Shown here in pieces: positions 38,963 through 54,295 of a DNA stretch of 64,000 nt (within the stretch, counting starts at the first letter, position 1; the number at the start of each line of letters is the position of its first letter). The notes under the pieces are model-generated. The model saw only the letters and a program-made list of their open reading frames with translations, was not told where the DNA came from and did no database searches. The stretch spans positions 42,346,001 through 42,410,000 of the forward strand of contig OX597834.1 in assembly GCA_951406725.2 (NCBI GenBank). Direction: 5' to 3'. A program made the translations under genes and the position numbers. The DNA comes from Octopus vulgaris (lineage: Eukaryota).

Positions 38963-39997
38963 TGTATATATGTATACATATGGTATGTGTAGGGGTGTAT
39001 AATGAGTGTGCGTGCCTTCATGCATATATATAAATATAGAAATGTATGATATATACATACATATACCCGCACAACCTCCCCAATATATATATATATATAT
39101 ATATAAATATGTATAATGCATGTGTGTGTGTGTGTGTTTCATAATGCCCTACACAACGATTTCTGTAAAATGTGAGATATAATATTAAGTATGAATTTTT
39201 CAGTACAAATATAATTTTAGCCAGTATGTGTAAACTTAAATTATGTTACAAATTATGAAAACATGCTGTCTAGTTCATTACTAATTATTTATTAACTTGT
39301 GCACGAATTCCTATGCAAATTAAGTGGGCCATTTTAGCAAACCCCGAATTGGTATACGCTATTACACTATTACACGATATAAACTACAAATCTCTCAGGT
39401 AAGAAAGCTGGGAACTAGTTCTATCGATCGAGTCTGTTACTTATAAAGAAATGGTAGCCAGCCATTACGTTTTGTGTTCATGATGGGGCTTGTTAAATGT
39501 TTAACTCACTCCTCTAATTATAATTGCTAATTTATAACAAAGTTTTGAGTGTAGATCACTAGATTTAAGTTGTTGTAGGCCACAATAGCATGTAGATCAC
39601 ATACTACACCGGCACGGATTATGCGTTCTTTTCGTTGTCAGTCATGAGACTACGGGCATTCTGGTGCTCCGCCTTCAAAGGTTTAGTTGAAGAAATCAAC
39701 ATTAGTACTTATTGTTTAAGCTCGGTACTTACTGTATTGTATTCGTTTTGCCGAATAGTTCCGGGAAACGTAAACAAACCAACACCGAATGTGAAGCGGT
39801 TGTGCGGACATACGCATACACACACACACACACACACACACATGCGAATATGCACACAACGTACTTCTTTTAGTTTCTTTTTTACCAAATCGACACATCC
39901 GCTCACAAAGGGAAGTTAAACACACAGACACACACACACACACAGATACACACACAGACACACAAGTTGAGTTTTATATATATATAGATATATATAT

Positions 39998-40690
39998 AAA
40001 TTAAATAATGAGGGTAGAAATTGAGATTAATCAATTAAAAGCAGTGGCTTAGCATATTTAAAAAATTCGAAGATTAAAAATTATGTTACATACAAAATTA
40101 AGGGGAATGACCACCAAAGTGGACTCCTAATATGCTAGATATAGACATCAAATCGCCTAACCACGAAGAGCGTGTTCTCAAGAAAAAAAATTCAACAAAA
40201 CGCCAGAATGCGAAAATGAGTCCACTTTGGTGGTCATTCCTCTTAATTTTGTATGTACTATAGTTTTTAATCTTCGGATTTTTTAAATATACTAAGCCTC
40301 TGGTTTTAATTCATTTATATCAATTTCTAACCTCATTATTTAATTTTTAAATAACGATGTTCTCTAACCGGTAAATTAGCTGCAGAAGTTTATTAACTGC
40401 AGAGTCATTTCCGGCCTCAGCGCGCGAAAATGAAGGCATTTGAAAAATACACCAAATATAATTTGCAAAACTCTCTCGTTCTGGAAATTATGTTTTGTAA
40501 ACGACAGACTACGCTGATGAGCCTGGTACGTAGGTAAACGTTTTTTATTTCGTATATTTTCATTTGTCTTGCTCATTTTTACATTCTGACGTTTTGCTGA
40601 ATTTTTTTTTCATGAAGTGGTTAGACGATTTGACTTCTATATCTAGCATATTAGGAGTCCACTTCGGTGGTCATTCCTCTTAATTTTATA
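39998..40690. mobile_element. Family E element in inverted/tandem arrangement with degenerate hammerhead-like core (40514-40542, +)
   Basis: 39998-40127 inverted at 40219-40346; 40097-40220 inverted at 40572-40688; CUGAUGA-GCCU(GGUACGU)AGGU-AAACGUU lacks G12. Confidence 0.7.
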
Positions 40691-40865
40691 TATATAAAAT
40701 TCAAATTACGATGAACGTAAACAAACAAACGATGTTTGATTTAGAAGCGTTGCGATGTCTTAGAAAGTTAAAGAAGTGATTTTAAATTCTCAAGCGCGGA
40801 ATAATGATGATAATATAGCCTGAACAGGATAAGCTAACCCTATTTTGCAGAAAAAAGTGTTGGCA

Positions 40866-40940
40866 GCCAGCTATGAGACTTGAACTCACACGTTCGTGAT
40901 TACGCGTCGCGGTGCTCTGAGCCAATTAAGCTAAACCGCC
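40866..40940 (-). pseudogene. tRNA-Thr(CGU)-like sequence inside a direct-plus-inverted repeat element (40698-41206)
   Basis: Cloverleaf by eye; loop CGCGUAA (G at position 33, non-canonical); T arm GUGAG-UUCAAGU-CUCAU; T6 run downstream; truncated inverted copy at 41068-41123. Confidence 0.6.
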
Positions 40941-41204
40941 CATACCACAAATTCTTCCGCAAATTTAAGATATATAGAAATCTCGCTTTATGAGACACTA
41001 TCATAACGTTAAATTCAAATTACGATGAACGTAAACAAAGTTTGCTTTAGAAGCGTTGAGATTTCTTCTCAGAGCACCGCTACGCGTAATCACGGAGGTG
41101 TGAGTTCGAGTCTCATAGCCGGCTGCCAACACTTTTTTCTCCAAAATAGGGGTAGCTTATCCTGTTCAGGCCATATTATTGGCATTATCCTGCGTTTGAG
41201 AATT

Positions 41205-41236
<32 letters not shown>

Positions 41237-41291
41237 TATATATACATGCATATACACACCCACACACACACACACACGCACATATATATAT

Positions 41292-41519
41292 ATTTCTTTA
41301 CTACCCACAAGGGGCTAAACACAGACGGGACAAATAAGGACAGACAAACGGATTAAGTCGATTACATCGACCCCAGTGAACTGGTACTTAATTTATCGAC
41401 CCCGAAAGGATGAAAGGCAAAGTCGACCTCGGCGGAATTTGAACTCAGAACGTAGCGGCAGACAAAATACCGCTAAGCATTCCGCCCGGCATGCTAACGT
41501 TTCTGCCAGCTCGCCGCCT
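41292..41519 (-). mobile_element. SINE family A (tail type 1), full length
   Basis: Near-consensus copy. Confidence 0.93.
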
Positions 41520-41555
41520 ACGCACATATATATATATATATACATGCATATACAC

Positions 41556-41586
<31 letters not shown>

Positions 41587-42232
41587 TATATATACATGCA
41601 TATACACACTCACACATACACACACAAACACATATATGTAAGCATATCCACGTAAAGACAATAGTATACATAGATACACTAAATAACAAAGATATGAATA
41701 TATATATATATATATACACTCAAATATCCGAAGCGAAATTTGTACCTCTCTTACATTTTATGGTTTTATGTTGTTTCAGAATTAATATTTATACTTATAT
41801 ATAGTCAACGTTCAAACATACACACAACATGCGCACATACATATATATATATGCATTAACACACTCGCTCTCTCTCTCACATACAAGCACACACATACAA
41901 GCACACACATACAAGCACACACATACATTTACATACACACATACACACGCACACTGACAAAGACATTATTACAGATACACACATGCAACCGTATCACCTC
42001 GTGTACTCATTCATATTGAATTAAAAGGAGTGTTTCTGTTTAAAATTGTTAAGCTTCTAAGATTAATTAATCGTTTCCGAAATTAGTTAATTAGAGCAGG
42101 GGGTATGTATTCATTTAATGTTGCTGTCGCAGGTATTTTGAAGAAGTAGGTCAGTCTCAAACAAGTACACCCAAGTTCAAACGTGTTCCAACGGGGACAG
42201 GACTCTAATTTCATTCTTTCCTCTCTACAAGG

Positions 42233-43118
42233 AAGCTAGCTGGCAGAAACGTTAGCACGCCGGGCGAAATGCCTAGCGGTATTTCGTCTGTCTTTATGTT
42301 CTGAGTTCAAATTCCGCCGAGGTCGACTTTGCCTTTCATCCTTTCGGAGTCGATAAATTAAGTAACAGTTACGCACTGGGATCGATGTAATCGACTTAAT
42401 CCCTTTGCCTGTCCTTGTTTGTCCCCTCTATGTATGTTTCAGTGCTATAAGGCCTCTCTAGCGAACGAGGGCCTAAAGTGTAAGCGCTTATCTATCGTTC
42501 TGGTTTCAAATTTAATCCTACAGTCATCCCAACCATCACTTTCGGTTTGTATTTGTTAGGAAGATGAAAATATTTTTTCATACATTGATGTTAATCCAGA
42601 TTTCAACATCGCTAAACAGTTTGGCTTTTCGCTTGCTATGTTTGCGTATCCCTACATGGATTACATTATTCTTAGGGCGGTGAAGTGGAAGAATCGTTAG
42701 CATACCGGTCAAAATGCTTATCGTCATTTCGTCCGTCTTTACGTTCTGAGTTCAAATGCCGCACAGGTCGTCTTTGCCTTTCATTCTTTCTCAGTCCATA
42801 ATGCAAGTACCGATTGAAAACTGGGGTCGATGTAATCGACATTCGCGACCCCAAAATTTCAGGACTTGTGCCTATAGCAGAAAGGATCATTACTGTAGAT
42901 CTCCTGGCGGTGAGTGGCCAGATTCGTTAGAAAGCCGGACAAAATGCTTAGCGTCATTTCATCCGTCTTCATGTCTTTAGTTCAGATTCCACCACAGTCG
43001 ACTTCGCCTCTCACTCATTCGGAGTCGATAAAATAAGAACCACTTGAGCAGAGGGGTCGATGTAATCGATCTACTTCCTGCCCAGAAACTCCCAGCCTTG
43101 CACCAAAATTTGAAACCA
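42233..43118 (+). mobile_element. Three SINE A copies (42233-42432, 42674-42888, 42905-43118)
   Basis: Family A motifs. Confidence 0.85.
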
Positions 43119-44365
43119 TTGTGACTCTAAACTCTTAAGGAGACCCTTTTTTTTTGGGGGGGGGGCGCTAGCTAGAGGTGTCACGTGCATTAAGTATGAT
43201 TGTGTTAAGTTTCTTCTTCCGTGAATGTGTGTATGTTTGAGTGTGTGTGCATGTGTATCTGTGTGTGTTTGTGTGTTTATGTGTGAGTGTTTGTTTTTGT
43301 GTTTGTGTGTATGCATGTGTGTATGGGTGTGTGTACCTATGTGTGTGTGTGTATGCATTATATTTATATTGAGTGCTTGTTTAATTGTTACTAATGTTCT
43401 CAAGCGCTGCTGTTAAGAAGCGATCGAGACAGCGATTTGGAAGTTGCTACTCAAAGTCTCTTGCAGTAGAATCAGGATACCATAAAAATACAGTAATGTT
43501 AGAATAGGTGAGCAGCTGAGTCTAGAGAATAATGAGTAGAATTGAGTATGATATCTCCTGTCTTATAAGGTTGTCTGTGTAATTTGAGAAGACGTTAGGA
43601 GATCGTATAAGTCTATATTGAAAAGCATGGGTGAAAACTACATGAAAAACCCATCTTTATGTCACTCCGTTCGGGACATTTAAAAGTCCTTAAATGTTAT
43701 TCTTGAAAAATGGTTCAATATACAGGATTTATACACACACATGTACACACGTACACACATAAATACACATACATATCTCACACATTTATATGTACACATA
43801 TTCACGCACGCGCTCACACGCACATACATAAATATATATTTACATTGTTATGGTGGTGGTGTCGTCAAGTTTACCGTATGTCGGTTGTTTCGTACAAAAT
43901 ATTGCAGTTACTCCGCACCCCCGTCACCCAGATACTCACACAAACCTTTTTTTATTTGTTTTGAAATAATAGATGCGAATGCGATAAGTTTTAAGTTTTA
44001 GTTTAAGAGGCAAATATTAAGAGAGAATTGATTCAAAGTCAACGTTACTTTCAGACAAATATCATTTAGAAACATCATGCGATGTTTATCTGTCAATTCG
44101 TGTTTTCCACGTTTGAAACTTTAGTCTTCTTTTGTTTTCTGTTTAGACATTTCTAGACTACAATTCCAGTCAGTTGTTTCGTATCTCACATTTGATCGTG
44201 GTTTATGAAGAATAGAAAGAAAATATAGATTCCGTTAAATATATAAATAAATTTGATATTTTTTTCATTTATTGCATCCAGCTCAGATTTTTATCTGATT
44301 ATCTTTGCTGCAATCTTTCCGAAAAGTGATACATATTACACACGCGTATATGAATGATAAATGCT

Positions 44366-44414
<49 letters not shown>

Positions 44415-44749
44415 TGAAACAATGCATGCAGACACACACACATATATAAATAATAATGTTATGCGCACATAAACGGTACATTCTATACATACACATAAAA
44501 CAGATTTTTTTTTATATAAGCATTGATTGCATTATATCGGGAATATTTATAGCGGAAAGTTTATATTCACATATTTATATTTAGATAGATTTATGTAAGC
44601 CTGTATGCAAGCATCTGCAAGTATGTATGTATGTATGTATGTATGTATGTATGTATGTATGTATGTATGTATGTATGTATGTATGAGTGAATGTATTTGT
44701 GTATGCATGCATTCATGCACGTGTATGGATTTATGGAAATATGTACACC

Positions 44750-44788
<39 letters not shown>

Positions 44789-44835
44789 TGGTATATACAT
44801 ATATGTTTGCTCGTATGTATATATATATATATAAG

Positions 44836-44923
<88 letters not shown>

Positions 44924-44929
44924 CATATA

Positions 44930-44962
<33 letters not shown>

Positions 44963-45406
44963 GTTTATATATATATACACACAAATATCCACACACATGT
45001 ATCATGCATTTTAGTGCTAACACAGACTTATACGCCGAAATACGCATATATAAACACACAAATACGCACTCACAAACACACAGAGACACAGACACACGCA
45101 CACTCACACACATTGGTAAATATTACATGTATATCCTAATGTGCATTTGTGTATGTCATAAAATATGATAGAACAATGAGATAGAGAAACAGGATGCGGA
45201 GAAGGGATGAGGGGAGCACGAAGAACGGTGATGGGGATGGGGATGGAGTGAGAGTGAGTGAGAGAGCAATATGCATGGTGGAAGGAGCTTAGGAAAAGGC
45301 GGTGGAAGAGATGTTGGGGCTGGAGGAGGTATGAGCAGAAATATAGTTAGGGATCTGAAATAATCAAGAGGAAATTATCATAGAAACACTTGATAGAATA
45401 TGTATA

Positions 45407-45445
<39 letters not shown>

Positions 45446-45465
45446 GTATATGTATATATATATAC

Positions 45466-45507
<42 letters not shown>

Positions 45508-45711
45508 GAGAGAATTAGTGATGTATAAATGCAATTGGAATGGAATGGCTCTGGTAGGTACGGGAAGTGATTGCGGGGATGAAGGAATTGGAACTGTGAA
45601 ATTGTAGAATTCAATAAAAATGGCGAAGTCGATCGTGGAAGGCGGGGCGGGTGGGGTGGAGTGCCAGCGAGAAAGAAGCGCGGATTAAAACAAAACTTTG
45701 GAATTGGAATT

Positions 45712-45715
45712 GATT

Positions 45716-45753
<38 letters not shown>

Positions 45754-46040
45754 TATTATTATTATTATCATCATTATCATCATTATTATCATTATTATTA
45801 TTATTATCATTATTATCATCATTATTATCATTATTATTATCATTATTATTATTATTATTATTGTCATCATCATCATCACCATCATCATTATCATCATCAT
45901 CATCATCATCATCATCATTATTATTATTATTATTATTATTAATATTATTATTATTATTATTATTATTAGCAACAATATCATCATTATCATCATCATCAAT
46001 GATAAAAATAACAATCATGATACTGCTGCTGCTGCTGGTG

Positions 46041-46090
<50 letters not shown>

Positions 46091-46152
46091 TATTATTATT
46101 ATTATTATTATTATCATAACAATAGTAATAATAATAATGATGATGATGATGA
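45712..46152. repeat. (CAT)n/(TAT)n/(AAT)n compound microsatellite
   Basis: Direct reading. Confidence 0.95.
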
Positions 46153-46939
46153 TGAACACATAAATAAATAAATAAGAAAATAAATGAATAAATAAATAAT
46201 GGTGTTGAATTTTTGAAAAAATTTGAAGACTAAGTTATTTTATGCGATATAAAATATTTATTATTATTATTTTTCTTCTTGAAAATGATAAATATAAATG
46301 TGATTATAGAGATAGTAAAAGTTTGAAAATTTTAAGTATAGCTACAGCAACAACAGCAACAATCATAAGAACAACTACTGTGTGTTCCATAACGCTGCAG
46401 CTAAAGTAAAAAAAAAATAACAACTACAACAAAAAAACAACAACTATAGCAATAAGAACAACAAGAGCAACAGAGGAAGAAGATAAACAACAGCAAGAAT
46501 ATAGTAGCAATAACAAAACAACGGCAACATAAAAGAATAAACAACAACAACAACAACAGAAACAGAAGTAAAGAAAAAAGCAAACGAAAAAAGAACAAAA
46601 GATGAGAACAACTGAAACAGAATTTACTGAAACACTAACAGCGAAAACAACAGCAGGAGTCACCACGACAATAAATACAATTGCAATGGTAACAAATGGT
46701 TAGCATAATAATAATAACATTTCTAGTTGTATCAAGAAAAACAGTAACAACAGAAAGATCAATAAATAAGAGCCGACAAATGTACTTCTACTTAATTTAT
46801 CGACCCCGAAAGGATGAAAGGCAAAGTCGACCTCGGCGGAATTTGAACTCAGAACGTAACGGCACACGAAATACCTATTTCTTTACGATCCACACAGAGA
46901 GGACAAACATAAATTATAGCAGTGATCGTGGAAAATACA

Positions 46940-47340
46940 CCAATCAAATGATGTGGACCTAGTTTTGGCGTGCATTTAGAGTGGTATTTTGACTGGGTCT
47001 ATTGAGGGAAAAAACACTTAACTCTGCTACAAACGGCAAACACTTAACATTAAAGTTTAGGCTCCTACAAATGAAGGTGGACTAGCATCTGAGAAAAGTT
47101 GGCTGTTCTTAAAAGTTGATCCCATTAGATATTTTAGAAATTGCTGCTGGGTTGACGAATTCGGAGAATTACAAAATGGAGTTGCAGGGTGGAGCAGAAG
47201 AGGAAAAGAAGAGAGCGGCAGACAGCTCACGCGGAGTGGATATTGGTTCAAATAAGCTATTTGCAAAATATTGCGATGATAACGTGTTATACGTAGCTGG
47301 AGGGTTTGTGGCGTGAGGATGACGCCACGATGACAACATC
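46940..47340 (+). mobile_element. Possible highly decayed RTE/BovB-like LINE 3' fragment
   Basis: Across frames: MW...WR, TNE, IRYF, LQG...KKR/GRQLTR/W, resembling the RTE C-terminal YFGH...QGKVEGKRxRGR...RW region. Confidence 0.35.
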
Positions 47341-47401
47341 ATCCGAGAAAAGTGTCTGTGGTTGCAAATATGACTCATATTATTTAAACATGAAAATAGG
47401 A

Positions 47402-47688
47402 GTTTGTTTGTTCCTTGTCGAGCCACGCCTGGCTCATAAGGGCCGGTTTCCTTGGCGTATAGGTTCCCCGCCTGGACGGGACGTCCGTCCGTCGCAGGTG
47501 AGCTGCAAGGTGCAGGAGGAAACAGTGAGAGAAAGTTGTGGCGAAAGAGTCAACAGAAGTTCGCCATTACCTTCTGCCGAAGCTTAGGTGTTTCGCTCAT
47601 AAACATTCACATCGCCCGTTCTGAGATTCGAACTCACCATACCTCGACCGCGAATCTGCTGCTCTAACCACTAGGCCATGTGCCTCCA
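47402..47688 (-). mobile_element. SINE family C, full length
   Basis: Matches 31809-32113. Confidence 0.92.
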
Positions 47689-47698
47689 CACACACACA

Positions 47699-47730
<32 letters not shown>

Positions 47731-48058
47731 TATATTTGCCATTAAATCTCACCCCAGTATAACGGTACGTTGAATCACACTGCTTGCTTTCGCTATATTA
47801 ACTTCCCGTTTAGTCGCGAGTAGAGAAACACTCCAGACACCTAGACACAGCAGAGCATCGGTCATGTAACACCCTGGGGAAGGGCAGTTTGCAAGATTAT
47901 GAGACTGGTACTTATTTTCTGCAGTGCCGTACAATGGATAATGGAACGTCTGTCACAGGATGTGGACATGCCGCGTTTAGAAGATTCGAACTGACGATCT
48001 AGCGAACTTCGAGCTATCGACTAAACTACGCCACCCCACGAATAACCACACACATCCA

Positions 48059-48096
<38 letters not shown>

Positions 48097-48512
48097 ACAC
48101 ACACATACACACATGTGCGTACGTATAGTATATGTATATAAATTATTCCGCTGCTGTCGAACAGATAATTTGTGAGATAAGAAGTACATCAACAACAATA
48201 GCAGCAACATTAACGTCAGATCAATATCTTTGTCATAAAACAACAAAAATGAAAGCTATTTAAAACAATATATCAGCAGAATGGAAGGTAGATTAAATAG
48301 CGAGACACCGTATACGGACTGAACCAGCGAATATAGGCGCGTGTGCGCTGTCATGTATGCGTGTGAGTGTGTGTATGTGTATTCATACACACACACACAC
48401 AAACACACACATATATATATATATATACACACACATACATACATTATATATGTATGTTTGTATGTATGTATGTAATGTATGTATGTATCTATCTATCTAT
48501 CTATATATATAT

Positions 48513-48549
<37 letters not shown>

Positions 48550-48660
48550 ATTTATGATATATGATATCTGTGTGTACAATTTAAATGTGTATGTAGTATA
48601 TAACACCCACACACAAACATACACACATAGTTAGATAAGTAGACAAACAGACAGACAGGC

Positions 48661-48729
<69 letters not shown>

Positions 48730-49071
48730 CACTCACACACACATCTGTATATGCATATAAAGATTTAGAAATATAAGTGTTGAATTATATGAATTATACA
48801 GATAGAGATCAATATAATAAATCATTGATATATTTCCCGATAGGTTTGAAATATTTGAAGGTCTTGGGTGATTTAGAGTGAAGCTAAAGGAGTTAAGTGT
48901 GGGGTATGTATGTATATATATATATATATATATACATGCATACATATATATATATATGTATGTGTGTGTGTAATTTGTTTGATTTATTGTTTGTTTTGTT
49001 GTAAACGTATTGTTATTGCTTTTGCTGTCGGTATTATTATTATTATTATTAGTAGTATTTTTATTATTGTT

Positions 49072-49272
49072 AAGGCGGCGATCTGGCAGAATCGTTAGCA
49101 CGCTGGACAAAATGCTTAGCTATTTTCTGAGTTCAAATTCCGCCGGCATCGACTTTGCCGACCATCCGATCGGGGTCGATAAATTAAGTACCAGTGACAC
49201 ACACTGGGGTCCATATAAACGTCTTATACCCTACCACAAAATGGCTGCCCTTGTGGAAAACTTTGAAACCAT
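49072..49272 (+). mobile_element. SINE family A
   Basis: ggcggcgatctggcagaatcgttagcacg head. Confidence 0.85.
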
Positions 49273-49614
49273 TATTATTATTATTTTTATTATTATTACG
49301 GTGGCGAGCTTGGCGTAAAACCAGCCCTTCTGAACCAGGCGTGACTCGAGAAGGAACAAACATATCACTATGAAACATATATGGCCCGGATCTTATCTAC
49401 TCCATTCCTTTACTCTTGTATTCTGATTCTCATTGGCGGCAACCCTAGCTGCCTACCGTGAAATATAAAAATAACTTTACTCAGTTTATCGTACTTTGAT
49501 AAGTAAAAAAAAATCCACAAAACACCGTCTCAATAAACCACTAAAAGTTGTTTTTTATATTTACTACGGTTTGTTTGAAGCTAACCTTCTTCCTACACCT
49601 CGATCCTTGGATCT

Positions 49615-49659
<45 letters not shown>

Positions 49660-49661
<2 letters not shown>

Positions 49662-49820
49662 TAGGGCTTCTTTCAGTTTCTGCCTACCAAATCTACTCAC
49701 AAGGCTTTGGTCGGCCTGAGCTTATACTAGAAGACACATGCCCAAGGTGCCATGCAGTGGGACTGAACTCAGAACCATGTGGTTGGGAAACAAGTTTCTT
49801 ACCACATATCTACGCCTTCG
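49660..49820 (-). mobile_element. SINE family B, head
   Basis: Matches the family B head. Confidence 0.85.
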
Positions 49821-50590
49821 CCTTACGGAGAACTGCAAATTGGTACAATTAGATTAAAAACAAAACAAAACAAGACATCTGAGATTTCTAGCCTGAGAAG
49901 TGACCACATAAAACGCTGTCACAGGAACTTTAAAGTACACGATGTAAAGTACATAATATCGAGTACAAGATGGCAGACAAAATAATATCGAATGAGGTTT
50001 GAACCAGTAAATCAATTTTTTATTCTCTAAAAAACATCCACGAAGTAAGAAAGCGAGAACTTGCACGCAGCCTTCCTAAACCGCACATCGGTGCCAGTGT
50101 TCGCAATGATGTTGTTATGTTCGTGTGATATTTAATCACGATGTCTGTCCTCTTGGGAATAAGTCTCTTTTGAGACACAGATAATGAATATTAGCGAAAT
50201 ATAAAGCCGGCCATGGAGTTTTGGTCTTTAACGCGCCTTACATTTGCGAGGAAGCGTATATTTACTCGAGCTTCAATAAATGTATTTTATCAAGTGTGTA
50301 TATGTGTGTGTATGCTTTTGTATGATTATGTGAGTGTGTGCGTCCTTGTGTGTGTGTCGCTGTGAGTGTTTTATAACTCTGTCAGTCTATATATTTGTGT
50401 GCATGTATAATCTTATGTAAATATACATACATACATGCATAAACATATATGCATGGGTATATATATCCCAGTGTATATGTATATATGTGTGTATATACTT
50501 ATGTAAGTATGTATATATGTGTGTGTGTATGTATATGCATATGTATACGTTTATACATATAATATATATATGCACATACACATATATACA

Positions 50591-50628
<38 letters not shown>

Positions 50629-50656
50629 CGTATATGTATATATACGTATCTATCTT

Positions 50657-50687
<31 letters not shown>

Positions 50688-50718
50688 CTCTCATTCTCTT
50701 TCTCTCTCTCTCTCTCTC

Positions 50719-50752
<34 letters not shown>

Positions 50753-51911
50753 TACATACATATGTATACGTAATTGTATATATAGATTTACACACACACA
50801 CATGTGCGCCCATACATTCACACAGTCATGCGCATACACACACACATAATCACGCATGCACCCATACATATAGTCTTACGCAGGCGTGTTTCTATACGAA
50901 GCAAAAGCTTGTACGCTTTTTTTGTTTTTGAATTTTTTTTTCTTATGACTGATTACGTTTCGGTGTTACACTCCTATTTCTATCTATATTTCTACGTCTG
51001 TTTGTCAGAACTTTCCATTTAGTGCCGAAAATTTGTTAAACGAATCTAAAAACAGCTGAGACCTGATCAATTAAGACGGCATAATAATGTTCGCTAATAA
51101 TTAGGTGTTCTTTATTTCAAACTTTTGTTTGTTGCTATTATTGTTGTTGTTGTTGTTGTTGCTGGCGTTGTTTTTTCGTTACTGGTGTTCGGCGAAGTCG
51201 TTGCTGTTATTAATGGTGTCGGTGGTACTGTTTATCTCTTAGATTTACTTATTAAAAGCAACCGCTTCAACCAGATATCGATGTGACGGCCAAACTCATT
51301 GGTCGAGGACAATGCAGTTAAAAGCGTTTTATCTGCATCCGAGAAAGCAAGCCGTCATTCCTTAACGTCATCATTGAAATGTAATCTTCCCCGCCATTTT
51401 TTTTTTCATTATACTGCTTTTTGTGTGGAAAGATGGGTGGTGGGGAAATGGCGTGTACGAGGTGGGGGTTCATGTATGGGAGATGTGTACCTGTGTGTGC
51501 ATGCATAAGAGGGATAAAGAGAGAGAGAAAGAGAGAGAAGGATGTTTGAATGTGAGGTGTGTATTTCTGTATGTAAAATTTATGAATATGTATATGTATA
51601 CGTGTACACACATATTCACACACGCGCATGCATATATGTACACACGTGTATATGTATATACCCATATACATATATATGTATATATATATATATACATATA
51701 CATATGTATACATGTATATGCATATGTATAAATATATAAATACACACACACACACACACACACTCACATACTAATGTGACCAAAATTTTGGAACATTTTT
51801 TGAAAGATTAAAATTGTTCTGACCAATATACGATCCGACCAAATATAACCTCGGACATTTATTAGGAAAATTTTAATTTTCAGACCTATTTTCCAAACTC
51901 TGGCCACGATA

Positions 51912-51974
<63 letters not shown>

Positions 51975-53539
51975 CGTATATATATATATAGGTAGGCAAG
52001 GTAGGCAGTGCTTACCCTGAATAAAAATAGATCGATAGTAATATCTTTCTTTTATGGCAAAATATGCACCTATGTTAATAAAATTATGAAGATTACTCTG
52101 AATACTATGCATAAATGCAAAATATTTTATTTTTTTTAGATTAGGTAGGCATGATTTGCCCCTTCCTTTCAATATCAGTATTAAACCTAAGCATAGTACT
52201 GCTGTAGTACACGTGCTGCGTACATTCCTACAAAAACGCTTTCTTTACGCACTATAAAGGGAAAAGTAAATCTGCGTATATATAAATCTGTCGTATATAT
52301 CTATATATGCGTATGTGTGTGTGTTTGTCCCCCCACCCACCATCGTTTGACAACCGATGTTGGTGTGTTCACGTTCCCGTAAATTACTATTTGGGCAAAG
52401 ATACCGATAAAATAATTACTAGAATTACAAAGAATAAGTTCTGGGGGTCGATATGCTCGACTAAAGGTGGTGCTCCGACGTGGCCGCAGTTAAATGACGT
52501 AAACAAATAAAAAGGTCTGGAGAAGCCGATAACAGCGACTACAAATAATCAATTGGTACTTAACTTATGGACCCCGAACGGATGAAAAGCAAAGACGACC
52601 TCGGCGGAAATTGAACCCAGAACGTAAAGATGCATTTTGTATTGCATGTACACACACACGCGCACACACACACATACACACACGCACACATACATACGCG
52701 CACCCACATAGTGGTTAATTGCATATGAAACTCATATTCGGATAATATATGCAGAGTTGCTTTGAATGTGCTTTAATAAACTAAAAAATGTGCTTTAATA
52801 AACTAAAAAAAAAAAATTCTTGAATGTACGTTGTTGAAATTATGCTCCTGCGTCTTCTATAACACCAAATATGGAGTACACCCACACTCACACAAATATA
52901 TATATATATATATATATACATATATAGTGACAAATATGTCGTAGATGTCACATTTCTCAACGTATTAACACGAGGAAAGAACGAAAATAACTTGGATAAA
53001 TTCATTTTTCTGCATGATATAAATAGAAACGTAGATATAGCTTAGAGTCTTTGACATGAGTAAACTATGTCATATTACACACACACACGCACACACACGA
53101 TCACACACACATTAAGTTTGAAGGAAACTCACTATAAAATAGTTATTAATTTTCATGTTCTGTTTTGTTTTTCGTTTTCTTGTTCTTTGAAGACTTCTTT
53201 ATAGCATAGTTTTTTTAATTTGTGTCAATTTTAAAATGAGTTTCGAACAAATCCGTATCAAGCACTGAACTGCATTTTGTATGAATTAAAAAAAAAGTGT
53301 GTGTGTGAGGGGTCTGCAGGAAATGTTTGTTCTGTGTAAGGAAATGAAGCTTTGAATGTTCAGATATCTGAACGCCAGTTTCGATCCGAGAATTTTTCTC
53401 TTGTTGACTCCCTTCGATTTGGATGACCAATTCCTGTCAATATTGAACTTCTGGAAACCGTATCTAAGAGAAATTCATGCCCGAGAATACTTTCATGAAC
53501 AAGGAAAACAATGTCCACATGTTGTCAGTGGATTCTTCT

Positions 53540-53802
53540 ACCAGTTACGCACTGGGGTCGATATAATCGACTTAATCTGTTTGTCTGTCCTTGTTTGTCC
53601 TCTCTGTGTTTAGCCCCATGTGAGTAGTAAAGAAATAGGTATTTTGTCTGTCTTTACGTTCTGAGTTCAAATTCCGCCGAGGTCGACTTTGCCTTTCATC
53701 CTTTCGGGGTCGATAAATTAAGTACCAGTTGCATACTGGAGTCGATATAATCGACTGCCTCTCACCAAATATTTCAGGCCTTGTGCCTAAATTAGAAAAG
53801 AA
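53540..53802 (+). mobile_element. SINE A dimer fragment (tail 1, junction, body, tail 2)
   Basis: Junction aaagaaata|ggtattttgtctg. Confidence 0.85.
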
Positions 53803-54014
53803 TATATAAATTGGTATATCCAATAATGCTACACCGCTTTATATATTATCTATTACGATAATGAGTTTGCGGATGGTTAATAGGTAAGATGTGGTACTGA
53901 AAAAAGAACAAGAATTCCCGAAATATGCATGTACTCTCATTATCTATTTTGCCATCCTCGATCTCATTGTTTACATTAGACGGTTTCGGATACGAAGCCT
54001 CGTAACAGATCCGT

Positions 54015-54246
54015 ACTCTCTTTTACTCTTTTACTCTTTTACTTGTTTCAGTCATTTGACTGCGGCCATGTTGGAGCACCGCCTTTAATCGAGCAACTCG
54101 ACCCCGGGACTTATTCTTTTGTAAGCCCAGTACTTATTCTATCGGTCGCTTTTGCCGAACCGCTAAGTAACGGGGACATAAACACACCAGCATCGGTTGT
54201 CAAGCAATGCTAGGGGACAAACACAGACACACAAACACACACACAC

Positions 54247-54295
<49 letters not shown>

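Noticed and set aside
41376-41519. Recurring peptide WYLIYRPRKDERQSRPRRNLNSER in several ORFs
   Set aside because: Antisense translation of SINE A, not a gene family.
47975-48035. ctgacga followed by a stem
   Set aside because: No GAAA after the stem; the reverse strand looks like a decayed tRNA-type SINE head.
53356-53613. 85-aa protein-looking ORF
   Set aside because: No recognisable motif or splice signals, and its 3' end is SINE A.
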